DNA from: Mobula hypostoma
Lineage: Eukaryota
NCBI RefSeq assembly: GCF_963921235.1
Contig: NC_086108.1
Span: 17,608,001-17,672,000 of the forward strand
Direction: 5' to 3'
Length of the DNA: 64,000 nt
The position numbers and the translations under genes were made by a program. Positions 36,409-49,968 of the stretch are shown here, in pieces. The notes below the pieces were generated by a model that did no database searches, had not been told where the DNA came from, and saw only the letters and a program-made list of their open reading frames with translations. How positions within the stretch are numbered: the first letter of the stretch is position 1; each line of letters starts with the position of its first letter.

Positions 36409-37370
36409 TATTAACGACCAGATTAACGAGCTGGATGTGGGGGTAGAAGGGTGGGTTGGCAAGTTTGCAGACGACACACAGGTTGGTGGTGTTGTAGCTA
36501 GTGTAGAGGATTGTCAAAGATTGCAGAGAGACATTGATAGGATGCAGAAGTGGGCTGAGAAGTGGCAGATGGAGTTCAACCTGGAGAAGTGTGAGGTGGT
36601 ACACTTTGGAAGGACAAACTCCAAGGCAGAGTACAAAATAAATGACAGGATACTTGGTAGTGTGGAGGAGCAGAGGGATCTCGGGGTACATGTCCACAGT
36701 TCCCTGAAAGTTGCCTCACAGGTAGATAGGGTAGTTAAAAAAAGCTTATGGGGTGTTAGCTTTCATAAGTCGAGGGATAGAGTTTAAGAGTCGCGGGGTA
36801 ATGGTGCAGCTCTATAAAACTCTGGTTAGGCCACACTTGGAGTACTGTGTCCAGTTCTGGTCACCTCACTATAGGAAGGATGTGGAAGCATTGGAAAGGG
36901 TACAGAGGAGATTTACCAGGATGCTGCCTGGTTTAGAGAGTATGGATTATGATCAGAGGTTAAGGGAGCTAGGGCTTTACTCTTTGGAGAGAAGGAGGAT
37001 GAGAGGAGACATGATAGAGGTGTACAAGATAATAAGAGGAATAGATAGAGTGGATAGCCAGCGCCTCTTCCCCAGGGCACCACTGCTCAATACAAGAGGA
37101 CATGGCTTTAAGGTAAGGGGTGGGAAGTTCAAGGGGGATATTAGAGGAAGGTTTTTTACTCAGAGAGTGGTTGGTGCGTGGAATGCACTGCCTGAGTCAG
37201 TGATAGGGGTAGATACACTAGTGAAGTTTAAGAGATTACTAAACAGGTATACAGAGGAATTTAAGGTGGGGGAGGGGTATATGGGAGGCAGGGTTTGAGG
37301 GTCGGCACAACATTGTGGGCCAAAGGGCTTGTACTATGCTGTACTATTCGATGTTCTATGTTCTATGTTC
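36409..37370 (+). mobile_element. Younger CR1 subfamily 3' part nested in the host CR1 ORF2
   Basis: Splits the host's DWRVA|DIVPLFKKG and ends in (TTCTATG)n. Its sequence matches the elements at 46727-49968 and 50875-54345. Confidence 0.9.
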
Positions 37371-38307
37371 AGATATTGTTCCCTTATTCAAGAAAGGGAG
37401 TAGGGATAGCCCAGGAAATTATAGACCAGTGAGTCTTACCTCAGTGGTTGGCAAGTTGATAGCGAAGATCCTGAAAGGCAGGATTTATGATCATTTGGAG
37501 AGACATAATATGATTAGGAATAATCAGCATGGCTTTGTCAAAGGCAGGTCATGCTTTACGAGCCTGATTGAAATTTTTGAGGATGTGACTAAACACATTG
37601 ATGAAGGTAGAGCAGTAGATGTAGTGTATATGGTTTTCAGCAAGGCATTTGATAAGGTACCACATGCAAGGCTAATTGAGAAAGTAAGGAGGCATGGGAT
37701 GCAAGGGGACATTTCTTTGTGGATCCAGAATTGGCTTGCCCATAGAAGGCATAGAGTGATTGTAGACGGGTCATATTCTACATGGAGGTTGGTGACCAGT
37801 GGTGTGCCTCAGGGATCTGTTCTGGGACCTCTTCTTTTTGTGATTTTTATAAATGACCTGGATGAGGAAGTGGAGGGATGGGTTAGTAAATTTGCTGATG
37901 ACTCAAAGGTTGGGGGTGTTGTGGATAGTGTGGAGGGCTGTCAGAGGTTACAGTGGGACATCGATAGAATGCAAATCTGGGCTGAGAAGTGGCAGATGGA
38001 GTTCAACCCAGATAAGTGTGAAGTGGTTCATTTTGGAATGTCAAATATGATGGCAGAATATAGTATTGATGGTAAGACTCTTGGCAGTGTGGAGGATCAG
38101 AGGGATCTCGGAGTCCGTGTCCATAGGACACTCAAAGCTGCTGCATAGGTTGACTGTGTGGTTAAGAAGGCATACGGTGCAGTTTTCTTCATCAACCGTG
38201 GGATTGAGTTCAAGAGCCGAGAGGTAATGTTACAGCTGTATAGAACCCTGGTCAGGCCCCACTCGGAGTACTGTGCTCAGTTCTCATCACCTCCCTACAG
38301 GAAGGAC

Positions 38308-38570
38308 GCACACACTCAGTGATTCAGGAACAGCTTCTTCCCCTCTGCCATCCGATTCCTAAATGGACACTACCTCACTTTTTAAAAATATACAGTATTT
38401 CTGTTTTTGCATGTTTTTTTAATCTATTCAATATACGTAATTAATTCACTTGTTTATTATTATTATTATTTTTATTTTTTTTCTCTGCTAGATTATGTAT
38501 TGCATTGAACTGCTGATGCTAGGTTAACAAATTTCATGTCACATGCCATTGATAATAAACCTGATTCTGA
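38308..38570 (+). mobile_element. Rex1/Babar 3' fragment nested in the host CR1
   Basis: ttcaggaacagcttcttcccctctgccatccgattcct (F-R-N-S-F-F-P) ... aataaacctgattctga. Confidence 0.75.
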
Positions 38571-39999
38571 AAATATAGAAAAGCAGAGGAGATTTACAAG
38601 GATATTACCTGGATTGGGGAGCATGCCCAATGAAAATAGGTTGAGTGAACTTGGCCTTTTCTCCTTGGAGCGACGGAGGATGAGAGCTGACCTGATAGAG
38701 GTGTATAAGACGATGACAGACTATCATGTGGATAGTCAGAGGCTTTTTCCCAGGGCTGAAATGGGTAACAAGAGAGGGCACAGATTTAAGGTGCTTGGAA
38801 GTAGGTACAGAGGGGATGTCAGGGGTAAGTTTTTTATACAGAGGGTGGTGAGTGCGTGAAATGGGCTGCCGGCAACTGTGGTGGAGGTGAATACAAAAGG
38901 GTCTTTTAAGAGGCTCCTGGATAGGTACATGGAGCTTAGAAAAATAGAGGACTATAGATAACTCTGGGTAATTTCTTATGTAAGGACACGTTTGGCACAG
39001 CATTGTGGGCTGAAGGGCTTCTTTTGTACTGTAGGTTTTCTATGTTTCTGTGTCTATGTCTGTAGCCCGCTTTATTGCAGGAAGAACTGAGCGAGAAAGC
39101 AGGAAAGAAAAGTAATACAGGGCAGCAATTTGAAAGAACTCTCAAGCATGGTAAAACCCAGAGAATTTAGAGGAACTTGTCAGTGAAGAAGTTGCTGTAG
39201 TGCATGGTGTTGCTGCATGCACACTCAGGTACAGTTAACCAGCAGTGGAGGGATTAAACAGCTAAATTGTGAATGAGGTGCCAGTCAAGAGGGTTTCTTA
39301 GGGGTGGATGGGCTCGAGTGGTGTCATTGTAACTATTCAGTCCAGTAGAGAGCACCCTTTCACATTCCTCAAGAAAAGTGTGGTTTCAGTTTAACATTCC
39401 ATCCATGAGGCAGCGCCATATGTTTTAAGTCCTTGCAATAAAACATCATCCCCGTCACTTTACACTCCCCTATCACAGAACTGAGTCCTTGCTCTGGTCC
39501 ATGTGGTAGCTGGTGTATAATGGCTGCCTTGTATCAGGATGCACACACAACCAGCATTCACTCCTTGATTTAGTCAACCTTGTTGTCCCTGAGCCACTGT
39601 CTCAGGTGTAAACTCTCACAGCTTCAATGAACACAGGCATTGTCCATCCTGCATTATAAGGTTAATGTTCTGGGGTGGGGGGGGGTCAGTCTCTCAAAGT
39701 TTCTGCCTTAGGTAACAATGCAATCTAATTAGTCACAGTACACAACTTATCCCATGCTGGACCATTCTCCACAACATCCTCAAAGATAACTTTACTGCTT
39801 TCAGTTGTAAACGTTTTCACATTAGTTTACCACTGGAGTTTATCATACTCCTAGGGGTCTTATCACATGATCCCCCCCCCCACCCTACAGTTTCCTGCCC
39901 TTGGTCAACCAACAAATCAACCTTCCCAGGTCTCTGAATTCCTGGGGCCAATAAGAGAGTGAGCTGGAACCGAAAGTTACAAACATTATATATGTTGGA

Positions 40000-40180
40000 A
40001 ATAAAAATGCTGGATCCACGCAGCAGATCAAGCAGCATCTGTGGAATGGGAAACTAGAGTTAATTCTTCAGGCTGAATTCTTTCCCATTCTGACAAAAGG
40101 TCTTTGACATGAATCAGTCATTCTGTTTCTCTTTCCACAGATGCTCCCTGACTTGCTCGGTTTTCAACTGTTTTTATTTC
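40000..40180. repeat. Old Penelope-type foldback repeat
   Basis: Inverted arms gcagcatctgtggaa / ttccacagatgctc flank ttctgacaaaaggtctttgacatgaa. Confidence 0.55.
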
Positions 40181-40679
40181 AATAAAGCAAGCATTCTTCA
40201 TTGCAGAATTGAATAATTATCTCATAACTACAGCTATGAGTGCAATATTTCTATAATTAATAACATAGCTGACTTGAAAAGTAAGAGAGAACACACTTAA
40301 AATGCATTTTTGGTTATGCATGAGCTGTGGTGTTTGGGGTTAATCTTGAAATGCTGTAAATTTCAGTGCAATCCTGGTGGCCATAGAATATAGAGATGTA
40401 CAAGACAGGAACATACTGTTCAACCCACTATGTCTGTACCAAGTAACAATGCTAATAACTAATCCAATTTACCTATCCCTCCATTCAGTGCCTCTTAATT
40501 GCTGCTGTTGTATCTGCTACCACCACTTTCCCTGGCAGCATATCCCAGCCTCCCACCACCCTGCATAAAAAACTAGCAAGACAAGTCTCCATTAAACTTT
40601 CCTTCTCCCACCTTAGCCCTATTCCCTCTAGAACAGGCCTTTCATTTCATGATGTCGAATTAAATAAATTCCACCGAAC

Positions 40680-41677
40680 TAGAAAGAATGCGGAAAGGAA
40701 TTACGAGGATGTTGCAAAGACTCAAGGTACTGAATTATAGAGAGAACTGGAACTGGCCAGGTCTTTATTCTTGGAGATCGTGGGGTGGTCTTGTAGAGGT
40801 GCAGAAAATCACGAGGCACATAGAAAGGGTGAATGCAGTCTTTTTCCCAGTGTTGGGGAATCAAGCACTAGAGTGCATAGTATTAAAGTGAGAGGGATTC
40901 CACTACCCAGGTCATGCTCTTTTCTCGCTGCTGCTGTCAGGAAGAAGGTACAGAAACCTCAGGACTTAGATTATGAAGACATGCAGTCCTCTTTTATTGT
41001 TACTTAACAATGCATGCATTAAGAAATGATACAATATTTCCTCTGGTGTGATATCACAAAACACAACCAGGACTGAAAAAACTAACAAAACCACGTAATT
41101 ATAACATATAGTTGCAACAGTGCAACAATACCATAACTTGATGAGAACAGTCCATGGCACAGTAAAAAGTTCAAAGTCTCTCAAATGTCCCACATCTCAC
41201 ACAGACGGGAGAAGGAAGAAAACTCTCCCTGCCATGCCCGACCACAGTCCGACTCTGAGTCATCCGAAAATTTTGAGCCTCCGATCAGCCCTCTGACACC
41301 GAGTACGGAGCACCATCTCTACCCGAACGATTCGACCTCAGTCTTGGTCACCAACAGCAGGCAAAGCTAGGGATTTTGAGGCCTTCCCTCCGGAAGATTT
41401 CTCGATCGCGCAGTAACAACGACAGCGAACTGACATTTCAGAAATTTCTCCAGATGTTCCTCTGTGCTTTCACATCTGTCTCCATCAAATCAGAATTGTT
41501 CACGACCCCTATTTACATCTCCAGGTTCAGGAACACCTCAACCATCAGGTTCTTGAACCAAAGGGGATAACTTCACTCAATTTCTCTTGTCCCATCATTG
41601 AAATGTTCCCACAAGGTCTTGGAGCTTATTAAGAGGAACCTGATGGGAAAGTTTTTCCATACAGAGCGTGATACCTA
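40680..41677. mobile_element. Nested stack: CR1 3' (+) containing Rex 3' (+, ~40895-41610) containing a (TCTAA)-tailed non-LTR element (-, ~40966-41515)
   Basis: The CR1 motifs are split at ~40895/41625. The inner element's end matches 62930-63157. Confidence 0.65.
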
Positions 41678-42311
41678 TAGAACATAGAACAGTATAGCAC
41701 AGCACACGCCTTCAGCCCATGATACTGTGCTGCCCAATATACACATACTCCATGATCAATCTAACCCCTCCCTCCTATACAGCTCATCACCATCTACTTT
41801 TCTTACATCCATGTGCCCATAGTAGAGTCTTTTAAATGCCATTGCTGTATCAGCCTTTACCACAATCTCTGGCAATGTGTTCCAAGCACTCGTGACTCTC
41901 TGTGTAAAAAACTCTGATATCTGCCCTGAACTTTTCTCCACTCACCTCAATGGATGTTCTCTGGAATTGGCTATATCGCCCTGGGAATAAAGAAGTACTG
42001 GCTGTCCACTATCTATGTTTCTCATATTCTTATACACCTCTAGCAAGTCACCTGTCATCCTCTGTTGCTCTAAACAGAATAGCCCTAGCTTATTCAAAGG
42101 TTTGCTCATAAGACATGTTTCCTAATGCAGGCAGCATTTTGGTAAACCTCCTCTGCACTCTTTCCAAAGTTTCCACATCCTCCCTATAATGAGGTGACCG
42201 GAATTGAGTGGAATACTCCAAGTGCGGTCTAACCAGAATTTTATACAGGTGCAACATTGCCTTGTGGCTCTTGAACTCAATCTCCAGGGATCTATGGACT
42301 TGGTCCCAGAA

Positions 42312-42342
<31 letters not shown>

Positions 42343-44055
42343 CTAAATTGATCCCAAAGGAAATTACAGTGTTACAGTGGAATTACAAGTTCACAGATAT
42401 ACAAATCTTAGAAGATAGATAGATAGATAGATACTAAATTGATCCCAAAGGAAATTACAGTGTTACAGTGGAATTACAAGTTCACAGATATACAAATCTT
42501 AGAAGATCTCTCTTGCCTGCCACACAGCTAAGACTCCTGTTATTAAACTTGTACTCATTCTTCAAGTTTGATAAAGTCATAGAGGTATAGCACAAAAGCA
42601 GGCCCTTCTACCCATCTAGTCTATGCCAAACCATTTAAACTGCCTACTCCCAATGTCCTGCACTCAGATCATAGCCCTCCATACTGCTGCCATCCAAGTA
42701 CATATCCAAACAAACTTTGAAATTGAGCTTGCATGCACTATTTACACTGGCAGCTCGTTTCACATTCTTATGACCCCCTGTGTGAAGAAGTTTCTCCTCA
42801 TGTTCCCCATAAATTTTTAGCTTTCACCTTAACCCATGACCTTAGTTGTAGTTCCACCCAACTTCAATGAAAAAAGCCTTCTTGCATTTACTCTATCTAT
42901 ACCTCTCATAATTTTGTATACCTCAAAATTCCCCCTCAATTTTCTATGTTCCAAGGAATAAAGTTCTAACTTATTCAATCTTTCCTAATAACCCTGGTCC
43001 TGCAGTACCAGCAACATCCTTGTAAATTTCCTCTGTACTCTTTCAATATCATTTACAACTTTCCTGTAGGAATGTGACCAAAACTGCACACAGTATTCCA
43101 AATTAGGCTTCGCCAACATCTTATCCAACTTCAACACAATATTCCATCTCCTGTGCTCAATACTTGGATTTATGGAGGCCCATGTGCCAAAAACTTTCTT
43201 TATGACCCTATCTACCAGTATCACCACTTTCAATGAATTATAGATTTGTATTCCCAGATGGCTTTGTTCTACTGTATTCCTCAGTGCCATACTATGCACT
43301 GTGTAAGACCTACCTTGGATGGCCCTACTGAAGTGCAACACCTCATATTTGACTGCATTAAATTCTATCTGTCATTTTTCTAGCTGGTCCAGATCCCACT
43401 GCAAGCTCTGAAAGTCTTCATTGTTGTCCCTTACACACCCAATTTTGGTGTCATCTGCAAATTTGCTGATTCGGCTAACCACATTATTATCCAAATCATT
43501 GATATAGATGACAAACAACAACAGAACCAGCACTGATCCCTGTGGCTCAGCACTAGTCAAAGGTCTCCAGTCAGAGAGGCAACCATCTACAACCACTCTC
43601 TGGCTTGTCCCACAGAGTCAATGTCTAATTTAATTTACTACCTCATTTTGAATGCCAAGTGACTGAACCTTCTTGACCAACCTCCCATGTGGGACCTTGT
43701 CAAATGCCTTACTAAAGTCCATGTAGACAATATCCACTGCCTTGCCTTTATCAACCTTCCTGGTAACTTCCTCAAAAAACTCTATAAGATTGGTTACACA
43801 CAACCTACCTACCATGCACGAAGCCATGCTAACTATCCTTAATTAATCTATGTCTATCCAAATACTTATATACCCAGTCCTTTAGAATAAACCCTTCCAA
43901 TAACTTTCCCACCACTGATGTCAGGCTCATAACAATAATTCCCTGGTTTATTTTTAGAGCCGCTCTTAAACAGTGGAAGAATATACGCTATCCTCCAATC
44001 TTCTGGTACCTCACCTGTTACTAAGGATGATTTACATATCTCTGCTCGGGATCTT
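41678..44055 (-). mobile_element. Two CR1 copies on the minus strand (~41678-42575 and ~42576-44055)
   Basis: TNLIEFFEEVTRKVDKG.AVDIVYMDFSKAFDKVPH, KFADDTKIG, LEYCVQFWS, and two 3'UTR ends. Confidence 0.85.
42312..42507 (-). repeat. (GATA)n microsatellite plus an exact 91-bp-period tandem duplication of a LINE 3' terminus
   Basis: tactaaattgatcccaaagg...caaatcttagaagat starts at both 42341 and 42432. Confidence 0.9.
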
Positions 44056-44929
44056 CCAGATTGTATCCTTTCATACTTCTCTAATTGAATTCTATACCCC
44101 GTTGTAACCAACAATAACCTTCTACACGATCCACAACACCTCCAAACTTTGCGTCATCTGTGAACACCCTGGAAGCTGCATTTCTTGTACGTTAATGGGG
44201 AAATGATGCTAAAATGCATGCAGTGTCTAAACTTCATGACATGTACTTAATAAATATAAGTTCTCCCTTGCCACAATGAGCTAACTCAGACTCCAAACAC
44301 ACCATCTGGTGACTGGTGTCCAAACAAAGTTTCAAAGTACAGGACATTTATTATCAGAAGTACGTATGCAGTATACAACCCTGAGATTCTTCTTCCCAAA
44401 GACAGCCACAAAACAAAGAAACACCATGGAACTCGTTCAAAGAAAACATCAAACATGCAAAAAAAAAACAAATCACAAAAATGGCAAAAAAATTAGCAAA
44501 ACGCATGGAATATTAAACATCAAACCACAGGGTTATTGAAACAGACTAGGAGTGTTTAGTTGTTCAATCCCCTCCATAAAAAATGGAAAGCCTTATTCCT
44601 GTCTTCCCAGAGACCGAGGCAGTCATGAATTTCTTTCCCATATACGATCCTTTTAAATATTAAGTGCAGATCACCATGGGAACAAGCTTTAAGGAGTCAC
44701 AAGGCAGAATAGATTCATAAACCATGGCCAGTTGCTGAAGATTCTTCAGTGATTATCTTCATTTCCCATGATATTCCTGCAGAAACCTACTCTTAAGATA
44801 ATGAATGTTTAGCAGTGTTGCTCGAGCCAAACACTGACTTCATCTATTCAGATTCTTTTTAAGACTTCATAATAATAAATATTCAGCAGTTTCCTTTACC
44901 ACCTTTGGAGTGCATTTCTATACAAGTGG

Positions 44930-45595
44930 GTGGGTAGGGTCTGTGGTCAGGGGAGTGGGGACTGAGGACTGGGTGTGGTGAGGTACTAAGTGGGTTGGCA
45001 TTGGGCAGAGGTGTGTTGGGTTGGGTGGGTCAAGGGTAATATTGGGGTGGGGTTTGTCAAGGTTTAGGTTGGGAGTGGTGATGTGGTGGAGGAGTGGTGC
45101 TCTTGAGGGGTAGGATCAGGGAAGGTTTGGGGAGGGGTTTGACGTTGGGAAGATGTTGCACCATGTTTCTAGTAGGTGAGGTGTGGGATCATTGCTGATA
45201 TGGAACTGGGATGTGGAAGGGGAATGGGATTGGGAAAGTGGGTGAGTGGGATTGTGGAGTGGGGCACAGGGATCAGAGGGGAGGGAAGTGAGATTGGGAA
45301 AGGAGATTGAGGATGGGTTCGGGAAATGGGGGATTGGGATTGGGATTGGAATTGGGGAATGGACAGAGGGAGGTTTGTGAAGTGGGTTAAGAGGGTGTTA
45401 AGTGGGATTGGTAAGGGTATGGAGAGGGATAGGAATGGGGGAGTGAGATTGGGAAATGGGATTAGAGAGGAGGGTGATTGGGAGCAGGAAGAAGGGTTTT
45501 GGGAGTGGGATTTGGGTGGGTATAGTGAAATTGAGGGGTGAAGTGGGGAGAGGAGGGGGGATTGGGGAGGGAGTGGGATAGAGTCCAGGAGGCAT
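44930..45595 (+). repeat. G-rich low-complexity tract that continues at 54500-54770 after the LINE stack
   Basis: Dense GGG runs and gggatt motifs on both sides of the 45.6-54.5 kb insertion. Confidence 0.8.
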
Positions 45596-46726
45596 TACAA
45601 AAGTCTCAAGAATAATAGAAAGACAGAAATTTTAAAAAGGGATGAAAATTTAACTTCCAGTACCATGGGGCCAAAATTGAAAAGTGTGATAAATACAGGA
45701 CTGAAGGTGTTATACTTGAATGTACGCATTATATGGAATAAGGTATATGATCTTGTAGCACAGTTGGAGATTGGCATGCAGGATGTTGTGAGCATTGCAG
45801 AACTATGGCTGAAAGAAGATTATAGTTGGGAATTCAACATTCAAGGATACACATTGTATCAAAAGGACAGGCAGAAGGGGTGGGGTGGCTCTGTTGGCAA
45901 AAAAAAAATGAAGTAAAATTCTTAGAAAGAAATGACATAGGATCGGAAGATGTAAAATCCTTATGGGGAGAGTTTAGAAATTGCAAGGGTAAAAAGACTC
46001 TGATGGGAATTATACAGGCCTCTGAACAATAGCCAGGATGTGGGACACAAATTACAGCAGGAGATAGAAAAGACATGTAAAAAGGGCAATGTTGTGATAG
46101 TTATGAGGGATTTCAATATCCAGGTAGATTGGGAAAATCAGGTTGGTGCTGGTTTCCAAGGGATGGAATTTGCAGAAAGCCTACAAGATGGCTCTTTAGA
46201 GCAGCTTGCAGTTGAGCCCACTAAGAGAAAGGCAATTCTGGATTGGGTGTTGTACAATGAACCAGATTTGATTGGGGAACAGAAGGTAAAGGAACCCTTG
46301 GGAGGCAGTGATCTCACCTGCAGTTTGAGAGGGAGAAGCTAAAATTAGATGTATCAGTATTACAGAGGAGTAAAGGGAATTACAGAGATGAGAGAGTAGC
46401 TGGCCAAAGTTAGTCAGAAGGGGACACCAAGAGGGATGACAGAAGAGTAGCAATGGCTGGAGTTTCTGGGAGCAATTTGGAAGATGCAGAATAGATGCAT
46501 CCGAAAGATGAAGTAATACTGTGAGGGGATGATGAAGCAACCATGGCTAACAAAAGAAGTCAAAGACAGCATAAAAGCAAAAGTCAGGGCATATAATATA
46601 GCAAAAATTAGTGGGAAAATGGTGGATTAGGAAGCTTTTAAAAACCAACAGAAGGTAACTAAAAAGCAATAAGGAGATAATAAATGAAATAGGAAGGTCA
46701 GCTAGCCAGTAATATAAAATAAGATA

Positions 46727-49700
46727 GACATAGAATAGTACAGCACATTACAGCCCTTTGGCCCACAATGTTGTGCCGACCCTTAAACCCTGCCTCCCAT
46801 ATAACCCCCCACATTAAATTCCTCCATATACCTGTCTAGTAGTCTCTTAAACTTCACTAGTGTATCTGTCTCCACCACTGACTCAGGCAGTGCATTCCAC
46901 GCACCAACCACTCTCTGAGTAAAAAACCTTCCTCTAATATCCCCCTTGAACTTCCCACCCCTTACCTTAAATCCATGTCCTCTTGTATTGAGCAGTGGTG
47001 CCCTGGGGAAGAAGGGCTGGCTATCCACTCTATCTATTCCTCTTATTATCTTGTACACCTCTGTCATGTCTTCTCTCATCCTCCTCTTCTCCAAAGAGTA
47101 AAGCCCTAGCTCCCTTAATCTCTGATCATAATCCATACTCTCTAAACCAGGCAGCATCCTGGTAAATCTCCTCTGTACCCTTTCCAATGCTTCCACATCC
47201 TTCCTATAGTGAGGCGACCAGAACTGGACACAGTACTCCAAGTGTGGCCTAACCAGAGTTTTATAGAGCTGCATCATTACATCGCAACTCTTAAACTCTA
47301 TCCCTCGGCTTATGAAAGCTAACACCCCACAAGCTTTCTTAACTACACTATCCACCATTCAGACATGTACCCCCAGACCCCTCTGCTCCTCCACACTACC
47401 AAGTATCCTGCCATTTACTTTGTACTCTGCCTTGGAGTTTGTCCTTCCAAAGTGTACCACCTCACACTTCTCCGGGTTGAACTCCATCTGCCACTTCTCA
47501 GCCCACTTCTGCATCCTGTCAATGTCTCTCTGCAATCTTCGACAATCCACTACACTATCTACAACACCGCCAACCTTTGTGTCATCTGCAAACTTGCCAA
47601 TCCACCCCTCTACCCCCCCACCAACAACATCCAGGTCGTTAATAAAAATCATGAAAAGTAGAGGTCACAGAACAGATCCTTGTGGGTTACCACTGGTCAC
47701 AATCCTCCAATCTGAATGTACTCCCTCCACCACCACCCTCTGCCTTCTGCAGGCAAGCCAATTCCGAATCCACCTGGCCAAACTTCCTTTGATCCCATGC
47801 CTTCTGACTTTCTGAATAAGCCTACCGTGTGGAACCTTGTCAAATGCCTTACTGAAATCCATATAGATCACATACACTGCATTACCCTCATCTATGTGCC
47901 TGGTCACCTCCTCAAAGAACTCTATCAGGCTTGTTAGACACGATCTGCCCTTCACAAAGCCATGCTGACTGTCCCTGATCAGACCATGATTCTCTAAATG
48001 CCCAGAGATCCTATCTCTAAGAATCTTTTCCAACAGCTTTCCCACCGCAGACTTATGGCTCACTGGTCTATAATTACCCGGACTATCTCTACTACCTTTT
48101 TTGAACAAGGGGACAACACTCCCTCCAATCCTCCGGTACCATTCCCGTGGACAACGAGGACATAAAGATCCTAGCCAGAGGCTCAGCAATCTCTTCCCTC
48201 GCCTCATGGAGCAGCCTGGGGAATATTCCGTCAGGCCCTGGGGACATATCCGTCCTAATGTATTTTAACAACTCCAACACCTCCTCTCCCTTAATATCAA
48301 CATGCTCCAGAACATCAACCTCACTCATATTGTCCTCACCATCATCAAGTTCCCTCTCATTGGTGAATACCAAAGAGAAGTATTCATTGAGGACCTCGAT
48401 CACTTCCACAGCCTCCAGGCACATCTTCCCACCTTTATCTCTAATCGGTCCTACCTTCACACCTGTCATCCTTTTTTCCTTCACATAATTGAAGAATGCC
48501 TTGGGGTTTTCCTTCACCCTACTCGCCAAGGCCTTCTCATGCCCCCTTCTTGCTCTCCTCAGCCCCTTCTTAAGCTCCTTTCTTGCTCCCCTATATTCCT
48601 CAATAGACCCATCTGATTCTTGCTTCCTAAACCTCATGTATGCTGCCTTCTTCCACCTGACTAGATTTTCCACCTCACTTGTCACCCATGGTTCCTTCAC
48701 CCTACTATTCTTTATCTTCCTCACTGGGACAAATTAATCCCTAACATCCTGCAAGAGATCTCTGAACATCGACCACATGTCCATTGTACATTTCCCTGCA
48801 AAAACATCATCCCAATTCACACCCGCAAGTTCTAGCCTTATAGCCTCATAATTTTCCCTTCCCCAATTAAAAATTTTCCTGTCCTGTCTGATTCTATCCT
48901 TTTCCATGATAAATGCTAAAAGCCAGGGAGCGGTGGTCACTGTCCCCCAGATGCTCACCCACTGAGAGATCTGTGACCTGACCTGGTTCATTACCTAGTA
49001 CTAGACCTAGTATGGCATTCCCCCTAGTCGGCCTGTCCACATACTGTGACAGGAATCCGTCCTGGATACACTTAACAAACTCTGCTCCATCTAAACCCTT
49101 GGAACTAATCAGGTGCCAATCAATATTAGGGAAGTTAAAGTCACCCATGATAACAACCCTGTTATTTTTCCACCTTTCCAAAATCTGCCTCCCAATCTGC
49201 TCCTCTGTATCTCTGCTGCTACCAGGGGGCCTACAGAATACCCCCAATAGAGTAACTGCTCCCTTCCTGTTCCTGACTTCCACCCATACTGAATCAAAAG
49301 AGGATCCTGCTACATTACCCACCCTTCCTGTCGCTTTAGTAGTATCCCTGACCAGTAATGCCACCCCTCCTCCGCTTTCCCCCCTTCTCTATCCCTCTTA
49401 AAACACTGAAATCCAGGAATATTGAGAATCCATTCCTGCCCTGGTGCCAGCCAAGTCTCTGTAATGGCCACTACATCATAATTCCATGTGTGTATCCAAG
49501 CTCTCAGTTCATCACCTTTGTTCCTGATGCTTCTTGCATTGAGGTACACACATTTCAGCCCTTCTACCTTACTGTATTTACACTGTTTATTCTGCTTCTC
49601 TTTCCTCAAAGCCTCTCTGTATGTTAGATCTGGCTTTACTCCATGCACTTCTTTCACTGCTCTATCGCTCCGGGTCCCATCCCCCTTGCAAATTAGTTTA

Positions 49701-49968
49701 AACCCCTCCGAACCATGCTAGCAAACCTACCTGCAAGGATATTGCTCCCCCCCCGAGTTCATGTGCAACCCATCCAATCTGTACAGGTCCCACCTTCCCC
49801 AGAAGAGATCACAATGATCCAAAAAGCTAAAACCCTGCTCCCTGCACCAACTCCTCAGCCACGTATTCAACTGCCATCTCCTCCAATTCCTACCATCACT
49901 ATCACGTAGCACTGGCAGCAATCCTTAGAACGCCACCCTCAGGGTGCTGTTCTTCAGCCTTCTGCCTA
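46727..49968 (-). mobile_element. Young CR1 LINE with the ORF1 C-terminus and a complete but frameshifted ORF2
   Basis: ORFs 49727-49921, 49310-49657, 48894-49364, 48092-48724, 47665-48207, 47359-47652 and 46783-47358 carry APE and RT motifs in order. Confidence 0.95.

Larger units (their letters stand above)
32790..39055 (+). mobile_element. Near full-length CR1 LINE (5'UTR, ORF1 with zinc-finger-like and SGNH esterase parts, ORF2 APE-RT, 3'UTR), decayed, with four nested insertions
   Basis: ORF1: C..CQMW...HICARCVKLQLL, VIGDSIVKG, VCLPG, ISGLLPVPR. ORF2: [58 protein letters not shown]. Confidence 0.93.

Noticed and set aside
47312..47815. Long ORFs antisense to CR1 ORF2 (also 51505-51927 and 53463-54026)
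   Set aside because: These are shadow frames of LINE coding sequence that recur in each copy, with no independent evidence.
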